In this document: positions 27,538-27,626 of the stretch, one piece after another
How the letters are laid out: each line of letters starts with the position of its first letter
Position numbering within the stretch: the stretch's first letter is position 1
The notes under the pieces: model-generated
Told to the model about the DNA's origin: nothing
Database searches by the model: none
What the model saw: the letters and a program-made list of their open reading frames with translations, nothing else
Assembly: GCA_050331235.1 (NCBI GenBank)
Contig: JBHJHA010000014.1
Span: forward strand, 1-27,626
Length of the DNA: 27,626 bases
Direction: 5' to 3'
DNA from: Leptolyngbyaceae cyanobacterium
Lineage (GTDB): Bacteria; Cyanobacteriota; Cyanobacteriia; Phormidesmidales; Phormidesmidaceae
Made by a program: the position numbers and the translations under genes

Positions 27538-27626
27538 GGCGCTGCTTAACCCGTAAGCGATGGAACCGCACCCTTGAGGCCGCTACAGCCTGGGTGCTAA
27601 AACGACCATTTATTATGGCTCAGTTA

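Overview
Chromosomal segment of a cyanobacterium. The evidence is psbV, petE, sqdB/sqdX and about 36 copies of the HIP1 octamer GCGATCGC counted by eye; a Leptolyngbya/Nodosilinea-like lineage is a guess. The window opens in the left end of an IS256-family element, which appears to have inserted into an older, decayed transposase-like HTH gene. It then carries, in order: an MFS sugar transporter, a coiled-coil/PLD-like/TPR protein, a hypothetical-YtxH-DUF948-TPM cluster, a DUF1565/SLH protein, a small membrane ORF, a radical SAM/SPASM enzyme, a tandem-domain class III nucleotide cyclase, hisIE, a MinD/ParA-like protein with a broken Walker A, a membrane protein, petE, psbV, accD, a divergent squalene/phytoene synthase-family gene, DUF4864, sqdX, sqdB, a phytase-like lipoprotein, an FAD oxidoreductase and a polysaccharide deacetylase. 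I see no CRISPR array, rRNA, tRNA, prophage or recognisable defence system. The most interesting observations are the stand-alone sAC-like cyclase near a pseudo-ATPase MinD, a switch-like RNA structure upstream of petE, HLR1-like and Pho-box-like motifs, and a long terminator-like hairpin between sqdB and sqdX. All family assignments come from motif recognition by eye; no searches were run.
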